From NCBI GenBank assembly GCA_965153455.1, contig OZ234493.1, forward strand, positions 16,792,213 to 16,856,212: a stretch of DNA of 64,000 nucleotides. The letters are read 5' to 3'. Position 1 is the stretch's first letter, and every line of letters starts with the position of its first letter. The notes under the pieces were generated by a model, which saw only the letters and a program-made list of their open reading frames with translations, ran no database searches and was not told the origin of the DNA. This document shows, in pieces, positions 31,204-45,339 of this stretch. Origin of the DNA: Sphagnum compactum (Eukaryota). A program made the translations under genes and the position numbers.

Positions 31204-34200
31204 CGGGGCTATTCCATAGGTTGTAACTTAGGGCCATCAACCATAAGAAGATCTGGCCAAATTTGGCGATTTCAAAGTAGGAAAGTTGAAAATTTTAAGG
31301 TTTCGCTTTTTTCAGCCAGAGATAGAATTCTGGTGATTCATGCCTGAAATTTTTTTAATGCATTTATAATGTGCCATATTGCAACACTAGGAAAACAGCA
31401 ATATGGCTTTAGGAAACCAATAGATACATAAGTTTTTCACAAAAGTTTTGGATGAGCTCATGTCCACTGTCGTTTTTACTCTACAATTTTTTTCATTTCA
31501 AAACTAAAAATTCACAATTTCTCTTAAAATATATTTCTGGTGTAAATTCAGCTAGTTTTGTTAATTTCTTGAAAACATCACCAAATTTTCAATATGACAA
31601 AATTGAAGAAAAACATTGGTCATGCCATTCCATTGTGCTCACATACTACATCTATTGTAAGAATGCCCAATGTTAGAAGCTTACGAAGATTATTGGTGTC
31701 TACGGTTTCCAATCTTGAGTTTATGAATTCTCTTCAATGTTGTTAATTGCTTTGAACTTTGAAGGAAAAGGGTGCCCACCCTTCCCATCGAATAGTTTTA
31801 CTCAATTCTTAGATTAGCTTCACCATACTTGGTATTTGCAGCCCCAACAACATTCCTCACATCCAAGATGGTTCATTGCCTTGGAATGACGGAGACTGCA
31901 AGGGGAATGCTGCAAAATGCAGTTGCCACAAAGTTGGCAAGTTGGGTCAATTCTGCATCAATAAAGAGTTAAAAAGGAGCCAAATGAGGAAGCCCTTGCT
32001 TTAACTTGTAAGGCAAGGACTGAGAAGGGAGTGTTCCAAGGGTGCAGGGCCAATTGAGACGAGCCAAGCATGGGACCCAACTCCCAAAACAGACCTGCCC
32101 ACCAAACAATTGCAAGGAGCAATGTTTGCTTGGCTTAAAAACTGAAACCTGGATTAATGGTGGCACTACCCTTCAAATGACATCCATAAAGATGATAAAC
32201 TTTCAATATATTAAATTGGAAACACATGAGAGTTAGCATAGTATGGTGAAGCCCAAGTGAATCCTTTAGTTATGTCAGAAATGTCTCTAGAGGGAACTTC
32301 ACAACACCCTATAATGTAGGTAAAAAGCCCCTTTTGGGGTGCTTGGTAGTGTCTCTACCTTGAAGGGCAAAGCCAACAAAAGGTTTGCATCCAATGTCTG
32401 GTAACATGCCCCTTTGGACAACTTCATTCCATTCAAGGTGGACCTTGTGCTAGGACCCCCATGGCACCATGGGATTAATCTTCTAAATTGTTTCCTATCC
32501 AAACAGTTGGTTTTGTGTGGTGTGAGACATCCGTTTATTGTTGTTTCTTGGGATGCTTTGGAACAACTTGGAGTTGTCTGGCCGCAGTGAACCAGGACCC
32601 ACCAGTGCACCATGAAGGATGAATGGTAAGTGGTTCAAGAAATATTTTTCTGTTGAGTCCCCATGGTGGTTGGCTCAGCTGATTTTTTCTTTACCTGACT
32701 ACTCTAAGAACCCACATGCAGGTTCTTAGTAGGTAATAAAAACAACCCTTACCTTTGTATAAACGATCTGCTTACTTAGTAGTTACCTACTTTCCTACCT
32801 ATCTACCTCTATATTTCTTTAAAAAATTGCTTACCAAGGTGAAACTAAATATTAACTCAGTTGAGGTTCATCCACAACTCTGCAATAACAGGCATCGAGT
32901 GGATGGCGGTGTTAGTTCAACTGTGCCTGAGTTGTCTGGGGAGTTGGCTCCTCCAAAAGGGTCCGCATTGGACTAAGTCTGAGCTTGTCTTAGCTTATCA
33001 ACGGTAGGGAGGCATATCAAATCCAAAAAAAGTTGGAAGACTTTTCGCCAACCCAATGTGATGTGTAGGTTGATAGGAGTTAAATGTTAAAAGGTCTGCG
33101 GAGCTTGGGGGCACAAAAGCACCGGGATGAGTGAAAGGGGCATCTCATTTGGTTCTAGTAGGATGTTGGTTTAGGTGTAGTTCCAAAATTTCCAATGAAG
33201 TATCCATGGGCCACAGAATAAGACTAAAAACCAAAATATGATGTGAAATTCGGCAACACTAATGGTAATACATAGTAACACTACTTGATCTAAGATGTGG
33301 GCACTGGGGTTTGCAACAATAGGCAAAATGTTTTGTGGAAATGCAAACCAATCCATTTGGCAGTGATTTATCTCCTCAGGAATTTTCACCAAAATCCAAG
33401 GTGAAAAGAATATGATTTCGTCCCATACAAAGTAGTGATTTGTTTTTTTCCCAAAAATTCTAGTTAATTTTTGACAAAACATTGAAGAAAATTTTGGGAA
33501 AATGTGCTATTCTAGAATGAAGTCGCCATTGGGGGGGGGGGGGGATTTCACCAATTCTCTTATGAAAAATTTAAAAACAAACCCTGATATGAGGGACATT
33601 CATGGAAAAACTAATCAAATTCACCAAATCCCAAAAATTCCAAATCACCATTTTTTAATGATAAATTCCAGTGGGTAACCAAGTAAATAGAGTTTTTCTT
33701 TGCTAACTTTCATATCTGGTCTATAGCCAGATTTGGCCGATCCCCACTTTGCCTACATCACAAAATTGGCATTGAAAACACTGTTAATGTGGCAAGTTTG
33801 GCTTGGAGCCTTTTTTGCACTCAGTACCAATGATTAATTTAGCTGGGCATGCATTGGAGAGCTTGGCAAATCATTCAGGATTTAAAAAGGCAGACACATT
33901 GGCCACAAAGTAAAAACTAGTGCCTGTCATAGGAAAGGGTTCAATGCATTCTCCTTACTTCATCTAGTTTGAAGGGTCTATTCTAATTAAATTTTTATAT
34001 GTCTCATTTTATTTTGTTATGGTGCAAGTTATGGTTTAGTTGGAATTTTGGTGTTTTCTTAAATAATATAAGTTGTCATATATGTATACTGGTTCAGCCT
34101 CAAATTCTTTAGCTAGTAGAGAAAGAACCACCTTTAGAAATGCATGATTGCACAAATGAATTGCGCAATCACATCCAACAAATTGTGGTTTAGCTTGAAA

Positions 34201-37200
34201 ATGTGGCTTCTTACCCTCTCCAAAGGCATTGAAAGGCAAATGTTTTTAGGATCTATTGCCTTTAAAGTGCAATTTTCATGTCACCAAAGATTCAATTGAA
34301 ATTTGTGATATTTAAACACCTTTAATGACACCCATGAAAGGGCTAGACATGTTATACAACAGATTGAGCTATTTGCCAACAAATTCAACTTAATCCTCGT
34401 GGACCCATGGGGAGGCCACTCCCTGTATATCTTGGCAAGCACTTCAAATGGAAAAATATTTTTTGATATGCTAAGAAATAATGAAAAAAATTGTACTTCA
34501 GTAATTATAGACATCGAATTTGCATAAATTAAGTAAACTATATATTTGTTAAACTCCAATAAGTTGAACCCTATATTTTTTGGGTTTTTGTTTGGAATGA
34601 AATGGAAGTAACCTCCCCAGCATGGACCTAATGTGGGAGGCTTCACAATCCTCCAAAAAGTGCTTTCAAACATGCATTCATTATTAATATAATTTGGATG
34701 TTAAAAGTCTGGAGGAACACTTAATGATGATTTCAAGCACCTGGATTAATTTTCACATAAAAAGAGGCCGAACACCAGAAGTTTAAAGTTCATGTTGTGT
34801 GCATCATGTGAGGCCGTTATGCTAATATGAAGCAACATTTTATTGCGCATAGCAAAACTGGAGGAAAAAAATGTGAATTATTTTATTTTTGGGGAAATTT
34901 CAAGTTGCTAAAGTTCCAACGTGTTTTGATAACTATAATATCAATGAATGGAAAGGCTATGGAGTTTGTTGTTTTTCATTGCACAAGATGTGGTCACTGG
35001 TATTGGCCATTACCCTATATTGAATCCTTGATCTTTTTGTGGTGGGGGAAGCTCTCAAGCAATGCCACATGTCTATTTTTGGCCACTAATACACCACCAG
35101 GTCAAAGGTCTGAAGCAAGTAGACCAAGATGCACACAAACTTGAAGGATCAAGTTTAGGGGGACCAGCATATGCCACCATGTATCTTGTGTCTATTACTC
35201 ACACTAAACTGGTTCAGTCTTACAGTCTTTACCTGGTGGAGAAGAGCAGCCTTCAGAAAGCAAGGATCATCCCAACAAACGGATCATACATCACACCCAC
35301 TTTACTGTTGTGGTCTCTCTTGTCAAGACTCAATACTAATTTTCCACCCATCATTTGAAATGGGTATTCCAAGCTGTTCGGTCCTTCAAGGTAGAAGGTG
35401 TCATAACTGTCAACGATACAAAGTGCTACCTGCCATTTTGTGAGCAGACTCAGAAAAATGAGCTTATTCCTGACATCTGTGTAGACTAAGCATAATGGGT
35501 CCACAACCATGATGGACAGGTGCACGAGTTGTCAAAACATTATTCTGGCTGCCCACATCCTAAATTAATTGCCTGTACTGCCGCGTTTGCTTGAATTCTT
35601 TTTGTGCTTACCAAAATATGCAGAATTATGCCTGAATTTTTTGAAGCACTAGAACATGGGCTAGCACGCAGCCCAAATGACCTAGTCCTGTTAACGTTTA
35701 GGACTTGCATAGGCCCAACAATGGGGCTTGAAGGAGCTCTCTTTACATTCCCCTTAGGTACATTTGGACAAAAAATCTGATCTTCAAATATTTCACCCAT
35801 AACCTTTTTTGTCCACAAGCACTTCAATCAATTTCATATATTTCCACTAAATAGTTGGACAACTCCACATATACAAGCAAAGCTTCAACACATATGTGTT
35901 GAATAATTAATTTGGAAGCCCTTGTCAACAGTTGTACATTCACATGTAATATGGGTACCAATGAATCTTCTAGTTCGACATGTATTTATTCACACTAAAG
36001 AGCTTTCTACTTGCCAATAAAAAATACTGGATGCGGGACATGGGTCTTCGTTTTGTGAAAAGTGAAGAGAGCCCATACAACCGTGTTTCTTTCAAAATAT
36101 GATTTCAACCTATACAAAGGACTTCTCATGGAAAAAAATGCTTCAAATTTACCAGATTTTGCAAGGATTTTTTTTCAAATCGCCAGACTTTTATGAGTAA
36201 GTTGCAGTAGAGAGCCTAGAATATGGAAGGATTCTCTGGTTTTTCCTACTTTCATATATAGTATGTAGCCAAATTTCGCTAAATTATTTTGTGAATGATG
36301 GCCACTTTGGCTACTTCACAAAATCCTTAAAAAAAACCCTAGGCACAATATGCTAATGATGTTGAAGATAGTCAAAAAGTTGTGCTTGAAGATATGTTCA
36401 AGTTGTAACCCCATGTATGGGGAAAAAAGCCTTGTGAACATGTAATATGGGTACCAATGATTCTTTTGGTGTAGCATGCATTAATTAGAGTTAAAAACGT
36501 GCTCACAGTAATTAATACTAATTAGCATTAGAAAACTTGCTCATCAAAACATACCAAATTAAGCGGATATCAAAAGTCAGGATAGTTGACACTACATGTC
36601 GAGGCGCAACAATAAAATCAATCAGCTATGTTTGAAAGTACAAGATTTGAGTATGATGATGAATATCTATCATTTGGCCAGGTTCATTAGTGTTGCAAGT
36701 CTGACATTTGACATCAAGGCAAGAAGTGGCTTAAGAAGTGGCTTGAGAAATCCATTCTGAGCTAACAAGCTCAACAAGCTAATCCATCTATTACATGTTT
36801 AAACCAAATTTGGCTAAATCTTTGTTTAGATGATTGCCCCTTCAGGTCAATCACAAAATTGGGGGAGAAAAAAAACCAAAGAAAACTACTGCTACCTTGT
36901 AAACTTGCTAGTGATGATACTTTTTAATGCAAAACAGGCATCAAGCAGCTTACTTCAAATGTTCATCAATGAACTACGTTCAGATGAAATAAGCCTGTGA
37001 AAAGCCATTGGATTATAAAAGAGGAAAAAAGAACCTGAATTCATGAATTGAAAGCATGAAATAATCTCGAACCCATCACACAAAGGCCAACCAAAAAAAG
37101 ACCCGTCAAGAGATAGATTAAAAGTGAATATGTACATGTAAGTTGACTCTGAGATTTATGCTACCTTCATCACTTGAAGACTCCCTTGGCTGAACCAACA

Positions 37201-39384
37201 CCTACACTGGCACCATACTAAAAAAAACCCCCATCTGTTGCTCCATGGAAGTTCTAAATAATGTCTGATGTATGTCACTACTGAATGTTGTAATCTTTGT
37301 TATATGCCTTTAAAGATCCTATTCTTCTCTTACTTTCACTAAATTTGATTTAACCAACCTACCTTAGTACCATCTCATGCTCTGCGGTTTGTGATGATGT
37401 AGAGATCTTCATTCTCTTGTAAACTTGTTTCCCACGGGTCCCGTTGTACTTTCCATGCGCTACTTAGCATTGAAGAGGTTGCTATCTGCCACTAGGCGCA
37501 TACTCAATGAGGGTGATGAAAGGTCAGGAGAGTCGGGACAACCTGCCAAGCGTTTGCAACAAACTCAATGAGCTGGGCTTGAGGGTACAGCAAACCTGAT
37601 GGGCCTGTCAATGTGTGATGATCGATATCTATCATTTCAGTGGGTCAGTGTACTAGATTTGACATTGGTCATCAACGCAAGAAGTGGCTTGAGAGATACG
37701 ATTCTAAGTAGATTGTTGCATAGGATGCTTTCACCGCAACACCCTTTAAGCTCTAACTTCTTAGCTGCTAAGGGACTGCAAGCTTGCTACATAATAGATA
37801 TGAAAGCTTAATTAATGACTTCAATCACAGATCAGACAGTATGTACCAGAGGCCAAGTTATGTTGACAATAATATTGATGAATGGAAAGGGTGCGAAATT
37901 TGACATTTTCCATGTACACATTGCACAAGATGTGCTCTTCGGTGTCTGGCCATCACCCCATATTGGGTCTCCTTGAAGCAATGCCAATCTATACCTTTGG
38001 CCACCAACAGAGCACCAGGTCAAAGGTTTGAACCAAGTAGACCAAGATACTTAAAAGGATCAAGGTAAGGGTACCAACAATGCATATGTTGTAGTGTATC
38101 TTGTATCTATTGCTCCCATTAAACTGGTTCAGTCTCACAGTATTTACTTGGTACAGAAGAGCAACATTTGGAAAGCAAGCAAGTATCTTCTCAACAGAAG
38201 GATAGTACATCACACCCACTCTGCTGTTGTGGTCTATCTTGTCAATACTAATTTTCACCCATCATGAGAAATGGGTATCGTAAACTATTAGGTCCTTCCT
38301 CATGTACGAGGTGTGACAATTGTCAACCATACAAAATGTCCTTTAAGATGTGTGTATTTTTAGTGTCAAAAGTACCAAGTGAACCCCATGTTGTACCCTC
38401 GTTAGAGAGTCTCGTGAGAGAATATGGATTCCCCGTTAGTAAACGAAGCTTGGTTCCAAATTATGGATGATGTTTTTGGTTATTCAAACAAAAGCTCCTA
38501 CCATTTTGTGAGCAGACTTGCAAAAATCAGGTTATAACTGACATCAGTGTAGACTAAGCTTAAGGGATCTACAACCTTTACAAGCAAATGCACTGGTTGT
38601 CAAAAGATTGTTCTGGCTACCCACATCCCAAATGAACTGCCTATACCGCCAGATCTGCTTGAAGTTTTTGTGTCTGCCCAAATATTTTTTTGCAAAGCTC
38701 TGCCTGATTTTTAAAAAATTATAAAACATGGGCTAACACATGGTCCAATTTACCTAGTCATATGGAAACTTTAGGATTTGCACATGCCCAATACTGGGGC
38801 TTGAAGGAGCTCTCTTTACATTCCCATTATGTACGTTTGCAAAAAAAATCTGAACTTCAAATATCTTACCTGTAACCTTTTCTATGCACAAGCACTTTAA
38901 TAAATTTGGAATATATTGCACTAAATAGTTTGACGACTCCAGATATCCAAGGGCAGCTTCAGCACATGTCAGTCCAAAGATTAATTAATTTTGAAGATTG
39001 CATGCCCAACTAATCAAATAATTGATGAGATTCTCTATATGTTCACAAAATTTTCTGCTTTCACAAAATATATATTTGAAACACTCAACTTTTCTACAAA
39101 TAATATATTTTTGGTGAAAATTGCTAAGATAACTATGGCCTGCCAATGAGTTCCTTATTACTTAGGGTACAAGCTTTTAGAAATCCCTCAAGATATGTAC
39201 AAGGTCTGAATACTTGACCAGAAGGCAAGATGTTGATTAAAAGATGTATTCAGTTATCGTTTAGTGCACTTTCATGTGAACCAACTGAGAACTGCATGAT
39301 TCAGTACGTGAGTTAGTACAATGAGATGCTTTCATGCGCCAGAAGAGAAAACAGAGCTTGCAGGCTGTTATGTGGAGGAAAGCT

Positions 39385-40780
39385 GTTGTAATATGGCCAA
39401 ATCCTTACTGAACACTTGCTGATGTATGTCACAGAGAACAGACATAATAGATGACTCTAAAAAGTATTTTTGTATTGGGGAGTGTCCTGTTCCCAAGGGA
39501 GTTGGTGAACCTCTGTATCGCCCTGGTTGGCAGGACATCCATCCCTCCAGGAAGTCCTTGGGCCCTGTGAAGAGGACTTCAGGGGCATAAAGATTTTTCT
39601 GCTGAATCGCTTTTACCATTTTGAATGGGGTTAGAGCATCTCCACAGCAAAACTGTAAAGAACTCCTTTATATTAAAAACATAATAGATGACTCTAAAAA
39701 GTATTTTGGTATTGGGGAGAATCCTCTTCCCAAGGGAGTTGGTGAACCTCCTTATCGCGCTTGTTGGCACGACATCCATCCCTCCAGGAAGTCCTTGGGC
39801 CCTGTGAAGACGAGTTCAGGTGCATAAAGATTTTTCTGCTGAAACGCTTTATTATTTTGAATGGGTTAGAGCATCTCCACCGCAAAACTGTAAAGAACTC
39901 CTTTATATTAAAAACATAATAGTAAAAAGTATTTTTGTATTGGGGAGCGTCCTCTTCCCAAGGGAGTTGGTGAACTTTTATGGCCCTTGTTGGCAGGACA
40001 TCCATCCCTCCAGGAAGTCCTTGGGCCCTGTGAAGACGACTCCAGGTGCATAAAGATTTTTTGCTGAAACGCTTTATCATTTTGAATGAGGTCAGAGCAT
40101 CTCCACTGCAAAACTGTAAACAACTCCTTTATATTAAAATAGAATAGCATTTAATGATCACTGTCCCCACCCACAAACTTCATAAAAGTCCCTCTAAACA
40201 CTCTAAGACCATTTATGTCTTTACATCTAGAGCAGTAACAGTCAATGTCCAAATCCATAGCAGATTAAAGGTTTTGAAGGGGTTAAAATGACCACTGCAA
40301 AATGGACATCGATACAGGAGCGCATTCACGCTATCGTGCTGCAAGATTTAATGAAAAGGGATGTTTGCAAGCTTGCAGTGGAGATGCTCTTATATGGCAT
40401 AATGTCATGGTTCCCATAAGAACCCTGTAAGATCTCAGCACAGCAGACCCTTGTAAGGTGGTACGGAAAGATAAGTAAACGATGAAAGTTTTTCAGATGC
40501 TCAAAAATCTTTTCAGAAGGGGAGAGCATTTTCCTGTGTGAGTCAAGTCACTGTCAGTGAGTCGCAGTGAGTGCGACTCAGGGCGCTCCGCCCTCATCTT
40601 ACACACCTCATGGCCAGGGTGAACCAGCACCTTGCACTGATACCTTCACCATTTTATTTGGGGCCTCTTAGTGACCATATTAAGCCCAACAAATATTACA
40701 TTTAATATCATAGACCCTATTTTCATCTAAGCATGGGTATTTGTAATATTTGGAAGCAATTTAAATGAATTTTTGGGTTC
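39385..40780. repeat. Duplicate of 6795-7817 + 11226-11350 (Helitron-free copy)
   Basis: Colinear match with three 235-bp units, the MITE at 40095-40389, and the Helitron empty site at 40656/40657. Confidence 0.9.
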
Positions 40781-41444
40781 TTACCATACTACCAGTGTGG
40801 GTGCTGGGTCACCCAACACAAGAAACTTGTGAGGGATCCCCAGTTTGAAAATCTGAGAATCTCAAGGCATCCCCTTTGCAATTGCATGGGAAATGCAAAA
40901 TGACAAATTCGTCTTAAAGTGCTTCTAAATGTTACAAATTTGCCTCATACATTTAAAGGCACAAAAGAATAGAAATGGACAAAATGCTCACATACGAAAA
41001 TAACCAAAAATTGTACACTGTACCTGAATATAAATCAGCAATAAACTAATGTTAACAAACTTTTGGTAAATCTTCTCAAGGCAATTTCTTCTTTACTTTG
41101 AAAGGAGGCCCATTTTTTGTACTAACATGGTATGTTGTGCAATATAAATCCACTAAGAGCAATTTCAGGTTATCTTTTGTTTTCCAATGTGAATTGGGAA
41201 TAAAAATTCACAGTTAATTTACAAACTTTCATTGAGATTAATTATAACCATTGTGCACATGCCATTCTATATCAACTTTGTACAATAGATGATGTTAAGA
41301 AAATTGGGATTAAAAAAATAACAAGGAAATAATAGGCTAACAAGTTTTTACAAAATTAAATAAATTGTAAATACATAATTATATGGTATATTTGTTGTTG
41401 TATGTAGTCCCTTTTTATTTTATCAATATTAGGGTGATAGGTTG

Positions 41445-44400
41445 TGTTAATGGGATTTTTCTATATGCCCATTAGTTTCTTACTTTCCAACTTCTTCAAT
41501 TACAAATTTTGAAACAACAACAAGTACATCTGAAATCTAAAAATCTATGTACAATCCTACAAGATGCATTTCTTTTGCTACAATTTTAAGAAAGAAAAAT
41601 TGGTCAAGAAGAATCACTTCATTTCTCCAAGTGAAAGAAAAAAAGAAATGATCTCAAATTTTGAAAATATGAAAAGTTGATTCAAATATCCTTTCTTAAA
41701 TTCTAAACAGGTACAAACTACTCAATGTTAACATGTACTCCAACTTGTATTGAAAATACAAAATTATATTAAAAATTTAAAGTTTGTATATTAGAGATTT
41801 AAAAAGTAAGTATCGAAAGTAAAGATCTGATATTTTTCATGTTCTACTATCCCTCCTTTATATTCTAAATTTGAATTTAAAAATGCATCATGCAAATCAC
41901 CTAAACAATAACTAGTTGATAAAATTCCTTGTTATAATCAACTAATAGAAACTACGTAGTAAAACTATTATAAACAGTCACAATTTTTAGAATCTACTAC
42001 CTAATTTGCCAACTACCTATTCTACCAACTGCTTGTTTTACAAACTACTAGTTCAATAGGTGTCACTGATTCAACTTGTGTCATTAGTTAAATTACTATT
42101 GGTTATATTGTTTCTGTATTGGTTCATGAACTATTAATTCACAAAAGAAATATGGCTAACATTACCCCTTCTCAAAACTACATTTTGTCCTCGAAATGTT
42201 AACTCTAAGATGCTATGTCGACCTTTTCTTCTGCAACAAGTTGGTTGATAGTTAATTCAACCATTTCATTAATAACTATTGACTGAATACTAGATTCTAC
42301 TGTAGGAATAGGTACTATATGTTTAGCTATTGTATTAGTCTCTAATGTGGTTAGTAAAACATTGTAACTCAAAGTAACAAGTCCACTTTCTTCACATAAC
42401 ATAGCGGTTTCCTTGTGTTCCATCAAAGTATTTCTCTTCATACCTTCAATCACTAGTCTAAGGTAAGGTAATAAACCTATTCTAAAAACAATGGTGAGGA
42501 AAACATCTATTGCTCTAACATGTAGATGGTTTGCTAATTGTAATAGGCATTCATAATAAACCTTTACCCGTTCATGAACTTGTTGTTGGAGGTTATTCAA
42601 CTACATATAGACTTTTTCATCGTTCTTCACAATTCGGAAACATTTGCAAAATTCTTGTTCCGACTCTCGAAGGTGCAATTGGGATGATCTTATACAAAAA
42701 AATTTCATCCCATTTCGAAATGTTGTTTTGTAAAATGAAACCAAATAGGTTGATGAAATTAGCCTCTGCAACTTTCCCATTAGCTCTAAATGTTTTTTTG
42801 AAAACTCTAATGTGAGCATCAAGATCAATATCCTTCACGTATGTTGGATATTGAAATTTCTGATATAGTAGTTTACTAGTTGGTTCAAATCAAACTACAA
42901 CCAATGGGTACCATGGTGGCATGAACATATTTGAATTACGTGCTGACCATTTGTAATATCCAACAAGTGGATTAGGCAACAGTCCTCCAGATGTGTCTCG
43001 GTCAAATTATCCTCCTGCTCCTAGTGATCTTCCATTAGGTGAACCTCCAAGTGGTTCTCCACTCGGTTGTGGATGTGAATTAGTCCTTCAAAGCTGTTAT
43101 AATGAAACATCATTACCTTGGATAGGTAGTCCATTGGCAACAACCATGTTAACATGTAGAATTGTTGCCACTATTTGTTGAACAAGTATACTTCTGGGAA
43201 TTAGAATTGGTTATTATAATTTAAAAGTTGGTATTCTAACATGATACTAACCTTGTAATAGTTGCTTAATAGGTGGCACCGGTTCTATTTGGATAGTATT
43301 GGCTACATATTTTTCTTTTCTTCCAAAAATCAATGGAGGTCCTTTGATTCCAAAATACATAGAATACATATTAGGATATATGGTTACAAAAGGTGGATCT
43401 ATATTATACCACATTGGATATGGTGGATATGATACAATTGTAAGTTGTCTTACTATTAGTGGTGTAACATGTTGCTGCCAACCTAAGTGTTGACTAACCG
43501 ATGTTGTGTGAATAACTAAACCTGGCTGTGATCGGATTTGTGGCATGTGTACACCAACTTGTTACATTAGTGTGTTCATCTCAACATGTGGTAAAGAGGT
43601 TTTGAGTTCTTCTTTTGATAATCGCTTCAATTTATCATCCACAAAAGGACAATTCTTGAATCATGTCCAACATGTTGACAATATGCACAAGTTAATGCAA
43701 TTTCAATCATGGGTTGTGGGTTTGTAACCAGTATACTTCGCTAAACAAGTGGTCATTCAACAATTCCCATAACATGTACATTTGGCCAAACACTTTGAAT
43801 GACAAGTTGTGTTTGTCCAACAACAACAAGTACTGCAATTATGTCCATCAATTTTGCATGTTATTGAGAACTAGATAAGTGTGAAGGTCTTTGGTCCAAG
43901 TTGCATAGTTGTTCCAACCGATTTAAAAGTTGATTACGATCTAATTTTGCATCTATTGTAATTATATTCAAAACATAAATCGGTTTAAGTGTGTAATACC
44001 CAACAACCAATGTTAATTGGAATGGTATAATAGCACTAGGAATGTACAAATCAGGTGTTGTAGACGTTACTTTATCAACATGTCAAACAATTGCAGTGTT
44101 TTGTCTACCCGGTTGTGCTTTTGGGCTCTATTGTTGGGACAACTGCTGGGGTGTCAAAAATCAACTAGTTGAAGGTAATTATGGTTCCCTTTTTTCCTCC
44201 TACTTTGCTGGTATCTGATGAAGAGGTAAATCTGGCTTAACCAATTATTGAGGCTCATTGCTAGGAGCATCAATTAGTTGAATTCCCTCAGCTTGAAAAC
44301 TTGGTTATTCTTATGACTAAACCACCTAATGAATAGGTTGCTATGGTATTCCTAATTTTGATTGCCTTCTAAAGGCCCTTGTGACTACTCTTGACATCTT

Positions 44401-45339
44401 TTATACTGATTTACAACAATTATTTATTCAATTTTTTAAAAATTAACAGGTTGTTATAGAAACCAAAAATCATCAAGGCACAAAAAACTCTTAGAAAACT
44501 ATAAAACTACTACAAATCCAAATTTCAAATTTCAAAACAACGAAAACCAGAAAGTTTATTAAGTGTGATTGTTTACAATTTCATTCCATTGTGTGATCAT
44601 AAAATGTTAATGGGATTTTTCTCTATACCCATTAGTTTCTAACCTCCCAACTTCTTCAATTATAAATTTTGAAACAACAATAGGTACATTTGAATCTAAA
44701 AATCTAAAAAATTAAATTCAATCCTACAAGATGCACTTCTTTTGCTACAATTTCAAGAAATCAGAATTGGTCAATAAAAATTACTTCATTTCTCCTAGTG
44801 AAAATAAAAATAAAATGATCTCAAAGTTTGAAAGTATGAAAAGTTGATTCAAATCTCCCTTCCTAAATTCTAAACAGGTACAAACTACTCAATGTTAATA
44901 GGTATTCCAACTTGTAGTGAAAATACAAAACTGGATCACAAAATCAAAGTTTGTACATTAGAGAATCAGAAAGGAAGCATGGAAAGTAAATATCTGATAT
45001 CTTTGATGTTATACCATCCCCCCTTTGTATTTTAAGTTTGAACTTTAAAATGCTTCGTGCAAATCACCTAAACAATAATTGGTTGATAAAACTCCTTGTT
45101 TTAATCAACTAATAGAAACTACCCAACAAAAATGTTATAAACAACCAAAATTTTCAAAATTTACTACCTATTCTACCAATTACCTATTTTGTCAACCACT
45201 TGTTCTACAAACTACGGATTCAACAAGTGTCACTAGTTCAATTTGTGTCACTGGTTAAGTTACTATCGATTATATTGTCAATGTACCAGTTTGTCAACTA
45301 CCAATGAAAGTATCAGTTCACAGAAAAATTTGGTTAACA
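41445..45339 (-). mobile_element. Degenerate non-autonomous gag-only LTR retrotransposon
   Basis: Direct LTRs at 41445-42161 and 44605-45339, each TGTTAA...TAACA. Polypurine tract gagaaggggtaa on the minus strand at 42162-42173. Degenerate 5-bp flanks ggttg/aattg. The 2.4 kb interior has gag-like remnants and no recognisable pol. Confidence 0.85.
42205..42850 (-). pseudogene. Retrotransposon Gag-like remnant
   Basis: Frameshifted DAHIRVFKK..ANG..INLFGF.L....KW / EQEFCKCFR..KNDEKVY / LQQ...ERV.VYYE.LLQLA..VFRIGLLPYLR resembles Ty3/Gypsy-type Gag and lies between the LTRs. Confidence 0.7.

Larger units (their letters stand above)
24675..39365. repeat. Mosaic of diverged local duplications
   Basis: 24675-25100 ~ 35432-35870 ~ 38500-38950; 26855-27760 ~ 36800-37700; parts of 27995-29830 ~ 32320-34070; 29890-30720 ~ 35900-36760; 34950-35430 ~ 37875-38340; parts of 25410-26060 ~ 39170-39365. 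Confidence 0.8.
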
